DNA of 48,211 nt from Deltaproteobacteria bacterium (GCA_024638705.1 JAHEJV010000003.1:1-48211); one strand, 5' to 3'; positions 35,013 to 47,895 are shown, counted from the first letter of the stretch. Numbers and translations are program-made. Notes: generated by a model not told the origin, from the letters alone.

Positions 35013-36251
35013 ATGCCCAACGAACTTTCCCACCCGAAGAATGCACTCGTTCTCGCCGGCGGCGGCGCGCGCGGCGCCTACGAAGCGGGCGTCCTGGCCC
35101 ACCTCTTCGAGCACGTCCTTCCCGAGCTCGGCCCGGACCGCGCCGGATTCGACATCACCTCGGGCACCTCGGTGGGCGCGATCCACGCCTCGTACTCGGC
35201 GGCGACGACCCATCTCGCCGCCGCCGAACGCACGCGTCGCCTCGTCGACACCTGGATCGGGATGGAACTCGGTCAGGTCTTGCGGATCGATGCGCGCGAC
35301 CTGCTCGGCGTCCCGCTGCGCGCGATGGGGATCCGCTCGCAGCGCCGCGATGGCAACATCGTGGGCGGGCTGGTGGACGTGACGCCGCTCGAACAGCTCG
35401 TCGAGCGCACCGTCCCGTGGGACGCGCTCCACGCCAATCTCAATACGGGGGGCGGCCACGCACTGTGCATCTCCTGCACCGAGGTGCGCAGCGGTCGCGT
35501 GACCGTCTTCATGGACGGTCCGCTCGCCGATCCGGCGCCGTGGCTGCACGATCCGAACGCGAACACGATCACCACGCCGCTCACCGCACGACACGTGCGC
35601 GCTTCGGCGGCGATCCCGTTCCTCTTCCCGTCGGTGCGCATCGGCGAGCGCTACTACGTCGACGGCGGACTGCGGATGAACACGCCGCTCTCCCCGGCGC
35701 TGCGCCTGCGCGCCGAGCGCGTGCTCGTCATCACGCTCAAGCACGCGACGGAACACGACCCCGAAGCGCCCGCCTATCCGGAGGACGTGATCACCCAACC
35801 CGCCTTCCTCATCGGCAAGGTGCTCGACGCCCTGACCATGGATCAGCTCGAACACGAGCTGCACCACGTCGAGCTGATCAACGCCCTGCTCGAACAGGGC
35901 GTGACCGAGTACGGCGCCGACTTCGTCGAGCGCATGAACATCGCGGTGCGTGCGAAACGCGGCGTCGGCTTCCGAAGGGTGGAGACGCTCACGCTCCGGC
36001 CCAGCGAGGACATCGGTCGCATCGCTGCGGATTGCCGGCGACGCCACGGCGGCACGAGCTCGCTCGGACTGCTCGGGGCTTTCGTCGCACAGGTCGCGTC
36101 GCGCGGCGTGCCGAGCGACGAAGCCGACCTGCTCTCCTACCTCTACTTCGACGGTCGCTTCACGCAGGAACTCGTCGCGCTCGGACGCCAGGACGCCCGC
36201 GATCGCGAGAACGAGATCGCGGCACTGCTCGCCGAAAGCGCCCCGAGCTAG
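35013..36251 (+). CDS. patatin-like phospholipase family protein
   Basis: C-terminal 412 codons of track ORF 34869..36251, from MPNELSHPKNALVLAGGGARGAYEAGVL (oxyanion GGGxRG). Has the GTSVGA nucleophile elbow and YVDGGLRMNTPL (catalytic DGG). Confidence 0.85.
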   Translation: MPNELSHPKNALVLAGGGARGAYEAGVLAHLFEHVLPELGPDRAGFDITSGTSVGAIHASYSAATTHLAAAERTRRLVDTWIGMELGQVLRIDARDLLGVPLRAMGIRSQRRDGNIVGGLVDVTPLEQLVERTVPWDALHANLNTGGGHALCISCTEVRSGRVTVFMDGPLADPAPWLHDPNANTITTPLTARHVRASAAIPFLFPSVRIGERYYVDGGLRMNTPLSPALRLRAERVLVITLKHATEHDPEAPAYPEDVITQPAFLIGKVLDALTMDQLEHELHHVELINALLEQGVTEYGADFVERMNIAVRAKRGVGFRRVETLTLRPSEDIGRIAADCRRRHGGTSSLGLLGAFVAQVASRGVPSDEADLLSYLYFDGRFTQELVALGRQDARDRENEIAALLAESAPS

Positions 36252-36946
36252 ACCGCGTAGGTCTCGTCGAGGTAGGCGACGATGTCCACCGACTCGTAGA
36301 GCTCGGCGCCGGTGTTCGGGTCGGCGAGCCACGGAACCATCATCTTCCCGGCGCGCTCGACGAAGGCGTCGCGACCCGGACTGCCGCCCGCGACGTTGTG
36401 CAACAAATAGGGAAGCTCGAGCTGCGACAGCGCCTCGCGGACGATGCGGCAGAACGGCGAGGCCTCGAAGGAATAGAGCTCGAGGGGCTGCTCCGGCGCG
36501 CGCGCCTCGCGATACCAGCCCCCGCCCCCGAAGCGCGGAAGGCCCGCGAGGGTCGACGAGACGTCGGTGAGGATCCCCGATCCCAACGTAATCGGGACGT
36601 TCCCGTCGCCGTAGGACGCGAAGAGATGCTTCACGATGTCGTCCGATTCGTACATCGCGCGGCCGACGTTCGGGTCGACGAGATAGGGGAACAACTCCTT
36701 CCCGCCGAGCTTCGCCACCTGCGGGCGGTAGGTGGGCCCGCCCTTCGGACAGGGATGGACCATCGCCTCGAGATCGAGGATCGAGAGGGCCTCGCGCACC
36801 TTGCGACAGTAGGGGCAGGCTTCGAACTCGTAGAGCTCGAGTCGCATCGCCGGGCGCTTGCCGAGCTTGCCGACCCGCGCGCCACTTCCCAGGCGCCACA
36901 CCGTGGTGATGGCGGATGTCGCGACGTCGAGCGGTCGGTACATCAT
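36248..36946 (-). CDS. tandem glutaredoxin-like / GST N-terminal-domain protein
   Basis: 232-aa ORF with two thioredoxin-fold halves: LELYEFEACPYCRKVREALSILDL...FPYLVDPN and LELYSFEASPFCRIVREALSQLEL...VPWLADPN. GAGGAGAGG lies upstream of the ATG-ATG at 36946/36943. An internal start at 36847 (MRLELYEF) is possible. Confidence 0.7.
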   Translation of the reverse strand: MMYRPLDVATSAITTVWRLGSGARVGKLGKRPAMRLELYEFEACPYCRKVREALSILDLEAMVHPCPKGGPTYRPQVAKLGGKELFPYLVDPNVGRAMYESDDIVKHLFASYGDGNVPITLGSGILTDVSSTLAGLPRFGGGGWYREARAPEQPLELYSFEASPFCRIVREALSQLELPYLLHNVAGGSPGRDAFVERAGKMMVPWLADPNTGAELYESVDIVAYLDETYAV

Positions 36947-37053
36947 CCTCTCCTCGCGCTGCGACGGTAGCCCCCTGCCCTTTCTCCGCTACCCGGCTTG
37001 GCCGCGAGCGAGAGATCCGTGCGATCATCGCGCACCCGCCAGCAGGAGGAGCC

Positions 37054-37839
37054 ATGGCCACCCGACCCCTCGATCGATTCCGCCTCGACGGCAAGACCGT
37101 CGCGGTCACAGGAGCTTCGTCGGGGTTCGGCCATCACTTCGCGGGCGTGCTCGCGTCGGCGGGCGCGAACGTCGTGCTCGGCGCGCGTCGCGTCGACAAG
37201 ATCGAAGCGCGCGTCGAAGAGCTGAGGCAGAGCGGCGCCCGCGCCCTCGGCGTGGCACTCGACGTCTGCGACGGCGACAGCCTCGCCGGCTTCCTCGACG
37301 CCGCGTGGGACGAGTTCGGCTCCCTCGACGTGCTGGTGAACAACGCCGGCATCGAGCCCGGACCGAAGACCTACGCGCTGATCGACGAGGACGACTGGGA
37401 CTCCGTCCTCGACACGAATCTCAAGAGCGTCTGGCGCAGCGCGAAGCTCTACACCGAACGGGTCATCGGCCGGAGCCAGGACGGCGGAAACATCGTGAAC
37501 ATCGCCTCGATCACCGCCTTCCGCACGATCAAGGGCCAGTTTCCCTATGCCGTCTCGAAGGCGGCCGTCGTCAAGGCGACGGAGGTGCTGGCGCTCGAGG
37601 CCGCGAAGCACCGGATCCGCGTGAACGCGCTGGCCCCCGGCTACATCCTCACCGATGTGAGCCGCGTCCTGCTGGAGAGCCCGAAGTCCGACGCCTTCGA
37701 GAAGCGCATCCCGCAGCGCCGCTACGGGCAGTTCGACGACCTCGACGGCCCGCTGCTCCTGCTCGCGTCCGACGCCTCGACCTACATGACCGGCTCGACC
37801 GTCGTGGTCGACGGCGGCCACCTCTGCGCCGAGCTCTAG
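37054..37839 (+). CDS. SDR family oxidoreductase
   Basis: C-terminal 261 codons of track ORF 36916..37839. AGGAGG lies upstream of ATG 37054. TGASSGFGHH, NNAGI, YAVSKAAV, APGYILTD. Confidence 0.85.
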   Translation: MATRPLDRFRLDGKTVAVTGASSGFGHHFAGVLASAGANVVLGARRVDKIEARVEELRQSGARALGVALDVCDGDSLAGFLDAAWDEFGSLDVLVNNAGIEPGPKTYALIDEDDWDSVLDTNLKSVWRSAKLYTERVIGRSQDGGNIVNIASITAFRTIKGQFPYAVSKAAVVKATEVLALEAAKHRIRVNALAPGYILTDVSRVLLESPKSDAFEKRIPQRRYGQFDDLDGPLLLLASDASTYMTGSTVVVDGGHLCAEL

Positions 37840-38441
37840 GAAGCGCCCGGCCGGACTCGCTCCAGATAACGCACGACGTACTTCCCGAGGACGTCGACCT
37901 CGAGGTTCACGCGATCGCCCGGGCTCCGATCGCCGAGGTTCGTCTCGGCGAGCGTGTGCGGGATCAGCGCGACATCGAAGGCGTCGTCGGTGACGTTCAC
38001 GACGGTCAGCGAGACCCCATCGATCGTGATCGAGCCCTTCTCGACGAGGAAGCGGACGAGCTCCGTCCCGCACTCCACTTCGAGACGGACGTCGTCCCCC
38101 CGGCGCTCGAAGGCGCGGACGCGCCCGGTGCCGTCCACGTGGCCCTGCACGATGTGGCCGTCGAGCCGGCCGTCGGCGCGCATCGCGCGCTCGAGGTTGA
38201 CGCGCCCGCCCTCGCGCTGATCGCCGAGCGACGTCTTCTCGAGCGTCTCCTTCACGGCTTCGAAGGTGAGCCGTTCGCCCGCGATCTCCGTCACCGTGAG
38301 GCAGCACCCATTCACCGCGACGCTGTCGCCGATGCCGACGCCGCCCGACGCCACGCCCGCTTCGACGACGACGCGCGTCACGTCGCCCTGCCCGTCGAGC
38401 GAAACGATCGGGGCGACCGCCTCCACGATGCCGGTGAACAT
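37836..38441 (-). CDS. ribE: riboflavin synthase (alpha chain)
   Basis: 201-aa ORF. MFTGIVEAVAPI..., GDSVAVNGCCLTV and the duplicated-barrel motif GSITIDGVSLTV. Confidence 0.92.
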   Translation of the reverse strand: MFTGIVEAVAPIVSLDGQGDVTRVVVEAGVASGGVGIGDSVAVNGCCLTVTEIAGERLTFEAVKETLEKTSLGDQREGGRVNLERAMRADGRLDGHIVQGHVDGTGRVRAFERRGDDVRLEVECGTELVRFLVEKGSITIDGVSLTVVNVTDDAFDVALIPHTLAETNLGDRSPGDRVNLEVDVLGKYVVRYLERVRPGAS

Positions 38442-38444
38442 GGC

Positions 38445-39797
38445 CTAGCGCCCGAACCGCTGGTCGATCTGTCGCTGCATCTCGTCCCGCACGGTCTGAT
38501 AGGACGCGGGCAGCTCGATCGGAGGGTTCGGCAGCTGCGACTCGATGCCTTCGAGCTGCATCTCGTGGTAGCGCACCTTGAAGTCGACGAACTTGAGCCC
38601 GTGGGCCGTCGAGATCGTCACGACGCGGTCGCTCTTCTGGATGACGCCCTGACGCACCAGCTTCTCGGTGGCGGCGAGAGCCACGCCGGTGTGCGGGCAG
38701 TTGAACAGGCCCGTGCGGTCGGCGCGCGCGCACGACTCGGCGATCTCCGCCTCGCTCGCCTGCTCGACGATGCCGTCGTAGCGCTTGAGCGCATCGATCG
38801 CCTTGTCGATCGATACCGGGTTCCCGATCTGGATCGCGTTGGCCAACGTCGGTCGCGCGGAGATCGGCTCGAAGACCTCGAAATCGCGCTGGTAGGAGAG
38901 ATAGAGGGGGTTCGCGGCCTCGGCCTGGGCGCAGACGATGCGCGGCACCCGGTCGATCAGGCCGAGGTCGCGCAGCATGTCGAGGCCCTTCGCGAGCGCC
39001 GAGACGTTTCCGAGATTCCCGCCTGGAATCACCATCCAGTCGGGCACCTCCCAGTCGAACTGCTCGACGATCTCGATGCCGACGGTCTTCTGCCCCTCGA
39101 TCCGCAGGCTGTTCATCGAGTTCGCGAGGTAGATCCCGTCGCGCAACGAGATCTCCTTCACGATCTCCATGCAGCCGTCGAAGTCGGTGTCGAGGGCGAA
39201 CACGATCGCGCCGTTCGCCACGGGCTGGATCAGCTGCGCTACCGACACCTTCCCGCGCGGCAGGAAGACCACCGCCGGGATCGCCGCCGCCGCCGCGTAG
39301 GCCGCGAGCGCCGCCGAAGTATCGCCCGTGGACGCACACGCCACCGCCGGGATGTCCACGCCGCGCCGACGCATGTCGTTCACCTGGGAGACGAGCACGG
39401 TCATCCCGAGGTCCTTGAAGGAGCCGGTGTGGGAGTTGCCGCACTGTTTGATCCAGAAGTCGTCGATCCCGATCTCCCGGCCGTAGCGATCGGCCCAGAA
39501 GAGGTTCGTATGTCCCTCGTACATCGAGACCGCATGCTCGTTGTCGATGCCGGGCAGCACCCATTCCTTCTTGCCCCACACGCCGGAGCCGTAGGGCCAT
39601 TCACTCGAATGCGTGCGCGAGGCGAACAGGCGCTTCCACTCCTCGGCGGGGGTCTTGCGCAGCTCGTCCATGTCGTGGGCGACTTCGAGCAGCGACCCGT
39701 CGCGAGCGGTATAGACCACCTCGTCGAGGGGATAGGTCTCGTCGTGGTCTTTGATGCTGCGGAACCACGCGCGATGGCTGGGTTTCGGATCGGGCAT
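38445..39797 (-). CDS. thrC: threonine synthase
   Basis: 450-aa ORF. NPTGSFKD-type PLP site ([12 protein letters not shown]), [25 protein letters not shown]. The stop lies 3 nt before the ribE ATG. Confidence 0.92.
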   Translation of the reverse strand: MPDPKPSHRAWFRSIKDHDETYPLDEVVYTARDGSLLEVAHDMDELRKTPAEEWKRLFASRTHSSEWPYGSGVWGKKEWVLPGIDNEHAVSMYEGHTNLFWADRYGREIGIDDFWIKQCGNSHTGSFKDLGMTVLVSQVNDMRRRGVDIPAVACASTGDTSAALAAYAAAAAIPAVVFLPRGKVSVAQLIQPVANGAIVFALDTDFDGCMEIVKEISLRDGIYLANSMNSLRIEGQKTVGIEIVEQFDWEVPDWMVIPGGNLGNVSALAKGLDMLRDLGLIDRVPRIVCAQAEAANPLYLSYQRDFEVFEPISARPTLANAIQIGNPVSIDKAIDALKRYDGIVEQASEAEIAESCARADRTGLFNCPHTGVALAATEKLVRQGVIQKSDRVVTISTAHGLKFVDFKVRYHEMQLEGIESQLPNPPIELPASYQTVRDEMQRQIDQRFGR

Positions 39798-41128
39798 CAG
39801 AGCCCCTCCTCGATGCGGACGAGCCGCGTCGGTGCCGTGACGTCGGGCAGTGCGTCGATGCGTTCGAGCGCTGCGCGCAACGCCGATTCCTGCGCCGGGT
39901 GGGTGAGCACGAGCACCGGGACGGAGTCGCCTTCGCCGCCGCGCCCCTTCTGGATCACCGACTCGATGCCGATCCCGTGCTCGCCGAGCGCGCCGGCGAT
40001 GTGACCGAGGACGCCGGCGCGATCGAGCGCGGTGAAGCGAAGATAGGCGCGTCCCGAGATCTCGCCGAGCGGCACGAGCGGCACGGGTCGCAGCGCGTCG
40101 GGCAGGTAGGAGAGCGGCGCGACGCGCCCGGCGCCGCCGCGGTCGATCTCCCGCGCGATCTCCACGAGGTCGGCCACGACCGCGCTCGCCGTCGGCAGCT
40201 CGCCCGCACCGGCGCCGTAGAAGAGCGTCGGCCCCACGGCGTCGCCCGTGACCGCCACCGCGTTCATCGCGCCGTCGACGCTCGCGAGCAGGCTCGACTT
40301 CGGGATCAGCGTGGGATGCACGCGCGCCTCGATCCGCTCGGCACCGCCCGCATCGACATGGCTCTTAGCGATGCCGAGCAGCTTGATCCGGTAGCCGAAC
40401 TCGTCGGCGGCTTCGAAATCGACGGGCGCGAGACCGCTGATCCCCTCGGTGGGAATCTCCTTGAAGGTCAACTCGGCGCCGAACGCCATCGCCGCGAGCA
40501 GCGTGAGCTTGTGCGCCGCGTCGACGCCCTCGAGGTCGAAGGTCGGATCCGCCTCGGCATAGCCCAGGTCTTGCGCGCGCTTCACGACCACTTCCTGCGC
40601 CTCGCCCGTCGACTCCATCTGGGTGAGCACGTAGTTCGTGGTGCCGTTCATGATGCCGTGCAGGCTCTCGATGCGGTTGGCCACGAGGCCCTCGCGGATC
40701 GAGCGCAGGATCGGGATGCCGCCGGCCACGCTCGCCTCGAAGCCGACGTCGACCCCCGCGCGCTGGGCGGCGCCGAAGATCTCCGCGCCGTGCAGCGCGA
40801 GCAGCGCCTTGTTCGCCGTCACGACGTGCTTCCCGGCCGCGATCGCCGCGAGCGTGTAGCGCTTCGCGATGTCGTAGCCGCCGATCAGCTCGATCACGAT
40901 CGACACGTCGGGGTCGGCGATCAGACCGTCCGCGTCGGAGTCGAAGCGCACGCTCGAGAGATCGACGCCGCGATCCGTCTCGGTGTCGAGGTCGGCCACG
41001 CGCACGACGCGCAGCGGGAAGCCGAGCCGCTGCTCGATCACCGCGGCGTTGCGCTGCAACACCTTGACGACCCCCGTGCCGATCGTCCCCAGACCGATCA
41101 GTCCGATTCCGATTCCGCGCTCAGCCAC
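39797..41128 (-). CDS. hom: homoserine dehydrogenase
   Basis: Track ORF 39797..41158. The preferred start is GTG 41128 ([20 protein letters not shown], with AAGGAA 8 nt upstream). [10 protein letters not shown], the catalytic region, and a C-terminal ACT domain ([30 protein letters not shown]). The stop overlaps the thrC ATG (TGATG). Confidence 0.9.
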   Translation of the reverse strand: MAERGIGIGLIGLGTIGTGVVKVLQRNAAVIEQRLGFPLRVVRVADLDTETDRGVDLSSVRFDSDADGLIADPDVSIVIELIGGYDIAKRYTLAAIAAGKHVVTANKALLALHGAEIFGAAQRAGVDVGFEASVAGGIPILRSIREGLVANRIESLHGIMNGTTNYVLTQMESTGEAQEVVVKRAQDLGYAEADPTFDLEGVDAAHKLTLLAAMAFGAELTFKEIPTEGISGLAPVDFEAADEFGYRIKLLGIAKSHVDAGGAERIEARVHPTLIPKSSLLASVDGAMNAVAVTGDAVGPTLFYGAGAGELPTASAVVADLVEIAREIDRGGAGRVAPLSYLPDALRPVPLVPLGEISGRAYLRFTALDRAGVLGHIAGALGEHGIGIESVIQKGRGGEGDSVPVLVLTHPAQESALRAALERIDALPDVTAPTRLVRIEEGL

Positions 41129-41183
41129 GACTCGATTCCTTCGACATGTTGATCTCACCTGTTCGGACGACGGCGGAGGCCAC

Positions 41184-41234
41184 TGTTCGACTTCGCTCGA
41201 CTGCGCCTCGCTGCGCGCCGGCCAGCCGGCTTGC
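41184..41234 (-). repeat. single copy of the dispersed hairpin + GCGCGCAGCGAG element between the aminotransferase gene and hom
   Basis: Minus strand reads TAG-A-GCAAGCCGGCTGGCCGGCGCGCAGCGAGGCGCAGTCGAGCGAAGTCGAACAG. The GCAAGC starts 1 nt after the aminotransferase TAG (41236-41238). Confidence 0.85.
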
Positions 41235-41235
41235 T

Positions 41236-42441
41236 CTAGATCTGCGCTTCCCGCAGGAAGCGGCGGATGCCCCGCACGGCCTGGCGGATGCGGTGCTTGT
41301 TCTCGACCAGGGCGAAGCGCACGTAACCCTCGCCGTGCTGGCCGAAGCCGAGCCCGGGCGACACGGCGACCTTCGCCTCACGGATCAAGCGTTTTGCGAA
41401 CTCCATCGACCCGAGTGCCTGGAAAGGCTCGGGAATCGGCGCCCAGACGAACATCGTCCCGAGTGGCTTCTCGATCTTCCACTGGCCCTCGCCGGGCACG
41501 CCGAGGCCGTCGATCAGGACGTCGCGGCGCTCGCGATAGGTGGCCTGGTTCTCGGCCACCACGTCCTGCGGTCCGCGCAGGGCGACGATCGCCCCGATCT
41601 GGATCGCCTGCGGCATGCCGTAGTCGAGGTAGCTCTTGATGCGCGCGAGCGCGTGGATCATCTCGCGATTCCCCGCCGCGAACCCGACGCGCCAGCCCGC
41701 CATCGAATGACTCTTCGAGAGCGAGAGGAACTCGATCGCCACGTCCTTCGCCCCCGGCGCCTCGAGGATGCTCGGCGGCTTGTAGCCGTCGTAGCAGACT
41801 TCGGCGTAGGCGAAGTCGTGGAGCACCATCAGGTCGTGCTCCTTCGCGATCGCGATGATCCGCTCGAAGAACGCGAGGTCGACGACCGTCGTGGTCGGAT
41901 TGTGCGGGAACGACAGGATCAGCATCTTCGGCTTCGGCCAGGTGCACGCAATCGCCTCTTCGAGGTTGGCGATGAAATCCGTGTCCGGTTCGAGCGGAAC
42001 GTGGCGCAGGTCGCCCCCGGCGATGATCACCGAGTACTGGTGGATCGGATAGGCGGGGTCGCCGCAGAGCACGACGTCACCCGGCCCGATCGTCATCAGC
42101 ACGAAGTGGGAGAGCCCTTCCTTCGCACCGATCACCGCGATCGCCTCGCTCTCCGGATCGAGCTCGACGGCGTGGTTACGCTGATACCACTCGGTCGCCG
42201 CCGCGCGCAGGTTCGGAATCCCGCGCGACGCCGAATAGCGGTGATTGCGCGGATTCCTCGCCGCCTCGGCGATCTTCTCGACGACGTGCGGCGGCGTCGG
42301 CAGATCGGGATTGCCCATCCCGAGGTCGATGATGTCTTCGCCCGCGCGGCGGGCCGACTTCATCAGCTCGATCACCTCGGCCAGGATGTACGGGGGCAGG
42401 CGATTGAGCTTGTCGAAATGATGATGGATCGGTTGGGTCAT
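41236..42441 (-). CDS. class I/II PLP-dependent aminotransferase (AlaC-like alanine/aspartate transaminase)
   Basis: C-terminal 401 codons of track ORF 41236..42495, from [23 protein letters not shown] (GGAGG 7 nt upstream). [24 protein letters not shown], and [14 protein letters not shown] (PLP Lys). Confidence 0.88.
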   Translation of the reverse strand: MTQPIHHHFDKLNRLPPYILAEVIELMKSARRAGEDIIDLGMGNPDLPTPPHVVEKIAEAARNPRNHRYSASRGIPNLRAAATEWYQRNHAVELDPESEAIAVIGAKEGLSHFVLMTIGPGDVVLCGDPAYPIHQYSVIIAGGDLRHVPLEPDTDFIANLEEAIACTWPKPKMLILSFPHNPTTTVVDLAFFERIIAIAKEHDLMVLHDFAYAEVCYDGYKPPSILEAPGAKDVAIEFLSLSKSHSMAGWRVGFAAGNREMIHALARIKSYLDYGMPQAIQIGAIVALRGPQDVVAENQATYRERRDVLIDGLGVPGEGQWKIEKPLGTMFVWAPIPEPFQALGSMEFAKRLIREAKVAVSPGLGFGQHGEGYVRFALVENKHRIRQAVRGIRRFLREAQI

Positions 42442-42556
42442 CGGAGGGCCTCCCGGTCCGCGGAGATCCCGCAGACGAAACCCGACGTGGAGCATGGATG
42501 GAGGCGCGCGGCACTCGCCGTCGCGCTCTTTTCCTCTTCGGCAGAAGCGGTGGAGA

Positions 42557-44806
42557 CTATGGCAATTCCTTCGCCGGGCAAGCGGCGCCGCCCGATGGCG
42601 AGCCGGTCTTCCGCCCGAGGACGGCGAGCACCGCGAAGAGGCCCGCCAGACCGATCGCGAGGCCGGTCCACGGCCCCCAGCCCGCCCCGAGCAGGATCGG
42701 CAGATGGCCCGCCAGCAGCGCGACTCCGGCCACGCAAAGGGCGTAGGGCGCCTGGGTCCGGACGTGGTCGAGGTGGTCGCAGCCGCTCGCGACGGACGAG
42801 AGAACCGTCGTGTCCGAGATGGGCGAGCAGTGGTCGCCGAAGATCGCGCCGTCGAGCACGGCGCCGACGGCGATCACGACCATCGTCGCCCCGCCGAGAT
42901 CGGTCTGGGCCCCGAGCACCGACGCCAGCGGCACCGCGTTCGGCAGCAGGATCGCCATCGTCGACCACGAGGAGCCGGTCGAGAACGCGACGAGCGCAGC
43001 GACGACGAAGAGCAGCACCGGCAGCAGCCTCGGCGCGAGAGCGTCGGCGAGCAGCGCGACGAGGTAGTCGGCGGTGCCGAGGTCTTCGCAGACGGCCCCG
43101 ATCATCCAGGCCTCGAAGAGCAGCGCGCTCGCAAAGGCGAGCGTCGGGCCACTCACGGCCGAGGCATGGGCGATCTCGCGCAAGCGAAGATGCGGTCGCC
43201 GCGTGGCGGGCCAGAGGCGCGCGCCGAGGATCGCCGCCGCGAGCCCAGCCGCGACGCCGGCCCCGACCCAGGAAACCCCGGTGGCGCTCGCGAGGATCGC
43301 CGCCCCTGCCGCCACCCCGAGGGCGCCGCGCAACCGGTTCGAACCGGCCGACGCGGCCGCGACCGCGAGTCCGATCACCGCGCCGCGAAAGATCGGCCCT
43401 GCTCCGCTGCCGTCGAGCAGCACACGACGCCAGCTCTCGGCGTCGCGCCAGGCGCCGTCGCCACGCATCAGCAGGTCGAAGCCCCCGCCGTCCGCGGCGA
43501 TGCCGACGACGGTGGCGAGCAGTATGACGGCGATCGGCAGGAGCGCCCGCCAGGCCTGCGCGGGCATCCCGTCGCCGGGTTGCATCCGCGCCAGCGCGTT
43601 CGAGATGGGAGGCCGCGACCCGGGCCGCGCGACCTCGCCGGTGCGGCGCGCGCGCATCTCCGCCCGCCGCATCGGACCGAAGTCGCGTCCCGAGAGCGCC
43701 ACGAATCCGACGAACGCGAGCGTCAGCCAGCAGTAGAACCGGTAGGGCAGCGACGCGACGAACACCACGTAGGCCGACGTCTCGATGCCCACGGCGGGCA
43801 GCTGCGGTGCGAACACCGAGACCTGATAGGCGATCCAGGTCGAGAGCAGCGAGAGCCCGGCAACCGGCGCCGCCGTGCTGTCGACGAGATAGGCGAGCTT
43901 CTCCCGCGAGATGCGCAGCCGGTCGGTGACCGGCCGCAAGGTGCTCCCCACCAGCATGCAGTTCGCGTAGTCGTCGAAGAACACGAAGAGCCCGGAGAGC
44001 CAGGTCATCGCCTGCCCCGAGCGCGCTCCGCGGGCGAGCCGCTTCGAGCGCTCGACCAACCCGGCCATGCCGCCCGCGCGGCTCATCACGCCCACCATCC
44101 CGAGGAGCGCGACGATGAAGCCGATGATCTCGAAGCGGAAGGTGTTGGTCAGCTCGTGCCAGAGATAGACGGCGAAGATGTTCCAGAAGCCCTCCAGCGG
44201 TGCCCAGAAGCCGGCGCCGTCGCGAGCCGCCATCGCGATCGATCCGGCGAGGATGCCGAGGAAGAGCGCCGGCAGGGTGCGACGCCAGATGAGCGCCGCG
44301 CCGATCGCGAGCAGCGGGGGAAGCAGCGCGGCCCGACCGGGCAGGAAGACCGGCTCGGGCGCGGGGAGCCGCACCGCCTCGCCTTCTCCGACGAAGCGGC
44401 CCTCGAGCGCGACCCGGTCTCCCTCGCTGCGCACGTCGATCTCCAGACGCGCGAGGGAAGGCTCGGCGCCGGACACCGCGCCCTGCGACCTCGAGCCTTC
44501 GCCAAAGTTGCGGAGTGCGGTGCCGATCGCTTCCGCAATGCGATGGCGGGGATCGACGTCGACGCCGTCGACGCGCACGCCCACGCCGACGACGTTCGAG
44601 CCGCGCGCTTCGGCCAGAGCCGCGAGGAACGACGCCTCGCCGCCGCGCGCGCGCTCCGCATCGGCGCGCAGCAAGCGCGCGACGCCCTGTGCGCGCAGGG
44701 CGTCGCGATCGGCGTCGGGCGCCCAGAGCAACGCAGCGCACGCCAGCACCAGCGCGAACGACGTGAGCCGTCCGCGCCGCGTGATGGCCTGCGCCGTGTC
44801 GGTCAT
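42557..44806 (-). CDS. Na+/H+ antiporter NhaC family protein with ~190-aa N-terminal extension
   Basis: 749-aa ORF. The core has [50 protein letters not shown], and [19 protein letters not shown], typical of NhaC-type transporters. Confidence 0.8.
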   Translation of the reverse strand: MTDTAQAITRRGRLTSFALVLACAALLWAPDADRDALRAQGVARLLRADAERARGGEASFLAALAEARGSNVVGVGVRVDGVDVDPRHRIAEAIGTALRNFGEGSRSQGAVSGAEPSLARLEIDVRSEGDRVALEGRFVGEGEAVRLPAPEPVFLPGRAALLPPLLAIGAALIWRRTLPALFLGILAGSIAMAARDGAGFWAPLEGFWNIFAVYLWHELTNTFRFEIIGFIVALLGMVGVMSRAGGMAGLVERSKRLARGARSGQAMTWLSGLFVFFDDYANCMLVGSTLRPVTDRLRISREKLAYLVDSTAAPVAGLSLLSTWIAYQVSVFAPQLPAVGIETSAYVVFVASLPYRFYCWLTLAFVGFVALSGRDFGPMRRAEMRARRTGEVARPGSRPPISNALARMQPGDGMPAQAWRALLPIAVILLATVVGIAADGGGFDLLMRGDGAWRDAESWRRVLLDGSGAGPIFRGAVIGLAVAAASAGSNRLRGALGVAAGAAILASATGVSWVGAGVAAGLAAAILGARLWPATRRPHLRLREIAHASAVSGPTLAFASALLFEAWMIGAVCEDLGTADYLVALLADALAPRLLPVLLFVVAALVAFSTGSSWSTMAILLPNAVPLASVLGAQTDLGGATMVVIAVGAVLDGAIFGDHCSPISDTTVLSSVASGCDHLDHVRTQAPYALCVAGVALLAGHLPILLGAGWGPWTGLAIGLAGLFAVLAVLGRKTGSPSGGAACPAKELP

Positions 44807-44837
44807 GGCCCGACCGCGCGGGTCGCGCCGCCCTGGC

Positions 44838-46877
<2,040 letters not shown>

Positions 46878-47117
46878 GGGCGTCGTGTCTCCGGAGATTG
46901 CGCGGCCGCGCACTGCGGCCGGACACCGATGAGTGGAACCGATGTTGGGCGGGGAACAGCCGGGTGGGAGAGCGCCGTCACGAGGGCCCCAGGGGGCTCC
47001 AGTCGCGTGCGCCCAGCCTCGGGGCGGGCGGGAAGCTAGACGCCCGCACCCGGAATTTCCAGTGAAATCTGGGGGCTCCGGGCGTTGTGGCGGGTCGACA
47101 GGACACCTGACGGGCGT

Positions 47118-47145
47118 TTGACGACGGCTCCGCGAACGTCACAAT
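47118..47145 (+). promoter_or_regulatory. possible sigma70-type promoter for the glycosyltransferase genes
   Basis: TTGACG (47118-47123), 16 nt, then CACAAT (47140-47145), ending 24 nt upstream of the GTG at 47170. This is a consensus match only. Confidence 0.25.
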
Positions 47146-47169
47146 CGACGCACCCTCCGCGGAGCCCGT

Positions 47170-47886
47170 GTGTCGCGCTGCATCGTCGTCGTCCCTACCT
47201 ACAACGAGGCGGAGAACCTGGGTCGGCTCGTCCCCGAGGTGCTCGCGCAGGATCCGTCGCTCGAGGTGCTCGTCGTCGACGACGCCTCACCGGACGGAAC
47301 CGGCGCCCTCGCCGATCGGTTGGCGGAGAAGGATGCCCGGGTCCACGTCCTCCACCGGCCGGTGAAGGAAGGCCTGGGGCCCGCCTACCGCGCGGGCATC
47401 GCGCGCGCCCTCGAGCTCGGCGCCGAGTTCGTCGTCCAGATGGACGCCGACTTCTCCCACCCCCCCGACGCCCTCCCCGCCCTGCTCGCCGGGATCGGCG
47501 AGTACGACGTCGTGAGCGGCTCGCGCTATCTCGACGGCATCACCGTGGTGAACTGGCCGATCGAGCGCATCCTGATCAGCTATTTCGGCAACGCCTACGT
47601 GAAGCGCATCACCGGCCTCGCAATCACGGACACGACGGGTGGCTTCCGCTGCATGCGACGCGAAGCCCTCGAGCGCATCGGATTCGATCGCATCCGCGCC
47701 AACGGGTACTCGTTCCAGATCGAGTTGAACTACCGATTCGCCCGCCTGGGGCTGCGCGTGAAGGAGATCCCGTTCTTCTTCCTCGACCGCACGCGCGGCG
47801 AGTCGAAGCTCTCGTGGCGCATCGGCCTCGAAGCGCTCTGGTCCGCGCCGAAGCTCCGGCTGATGGACGCGCTCGGAAGGCTCTAG
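47170..47886 (+). CDS. polyprenol-phosphate mannosyltransferase-like GT2 glycosyltransferase
   Basis: 238-aa ORF (GTG start, GGAG 6 nt upstream). VVVPTYNEAENL, VVDDASPDGT, QMDADFSHPP, GSRY, GGFRC. Confidence 0.88.
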   Translation: MSRCIVVVPTYNEAENLGRLVPEVLAQDPSLEVLVVDDASPDGTGALADRLAEKDARVHVLHRPVKEGLGPAYRAGIARALELGAEFVVQMDADFSHPPDALPALLAGIGEYDVVSGSRYLDGITVVNWPIERILISYFGNAYVKRITGLAITDTTGGFRCMRREALERIGFDRIRANGYSFQIELNYRFARLGLRVKEIPFFFLDRTRGESKLSWRIGLEALWSAPKLRLMDALGRL

Positions 47887-47895
47887 TCGGAAGTC

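Noticed and set aside
34053-36251. Patatin-like phospholipase next to a PP2C phosphatase, considered as a possible CBASS-like or other defence module.
   Set aside because: No cyclase/nucleotidyltransferase, sensor NTPase or other defence partner is nearby. The flanking genes are housekeeping, and both proteins are common stand-alone enzymes.
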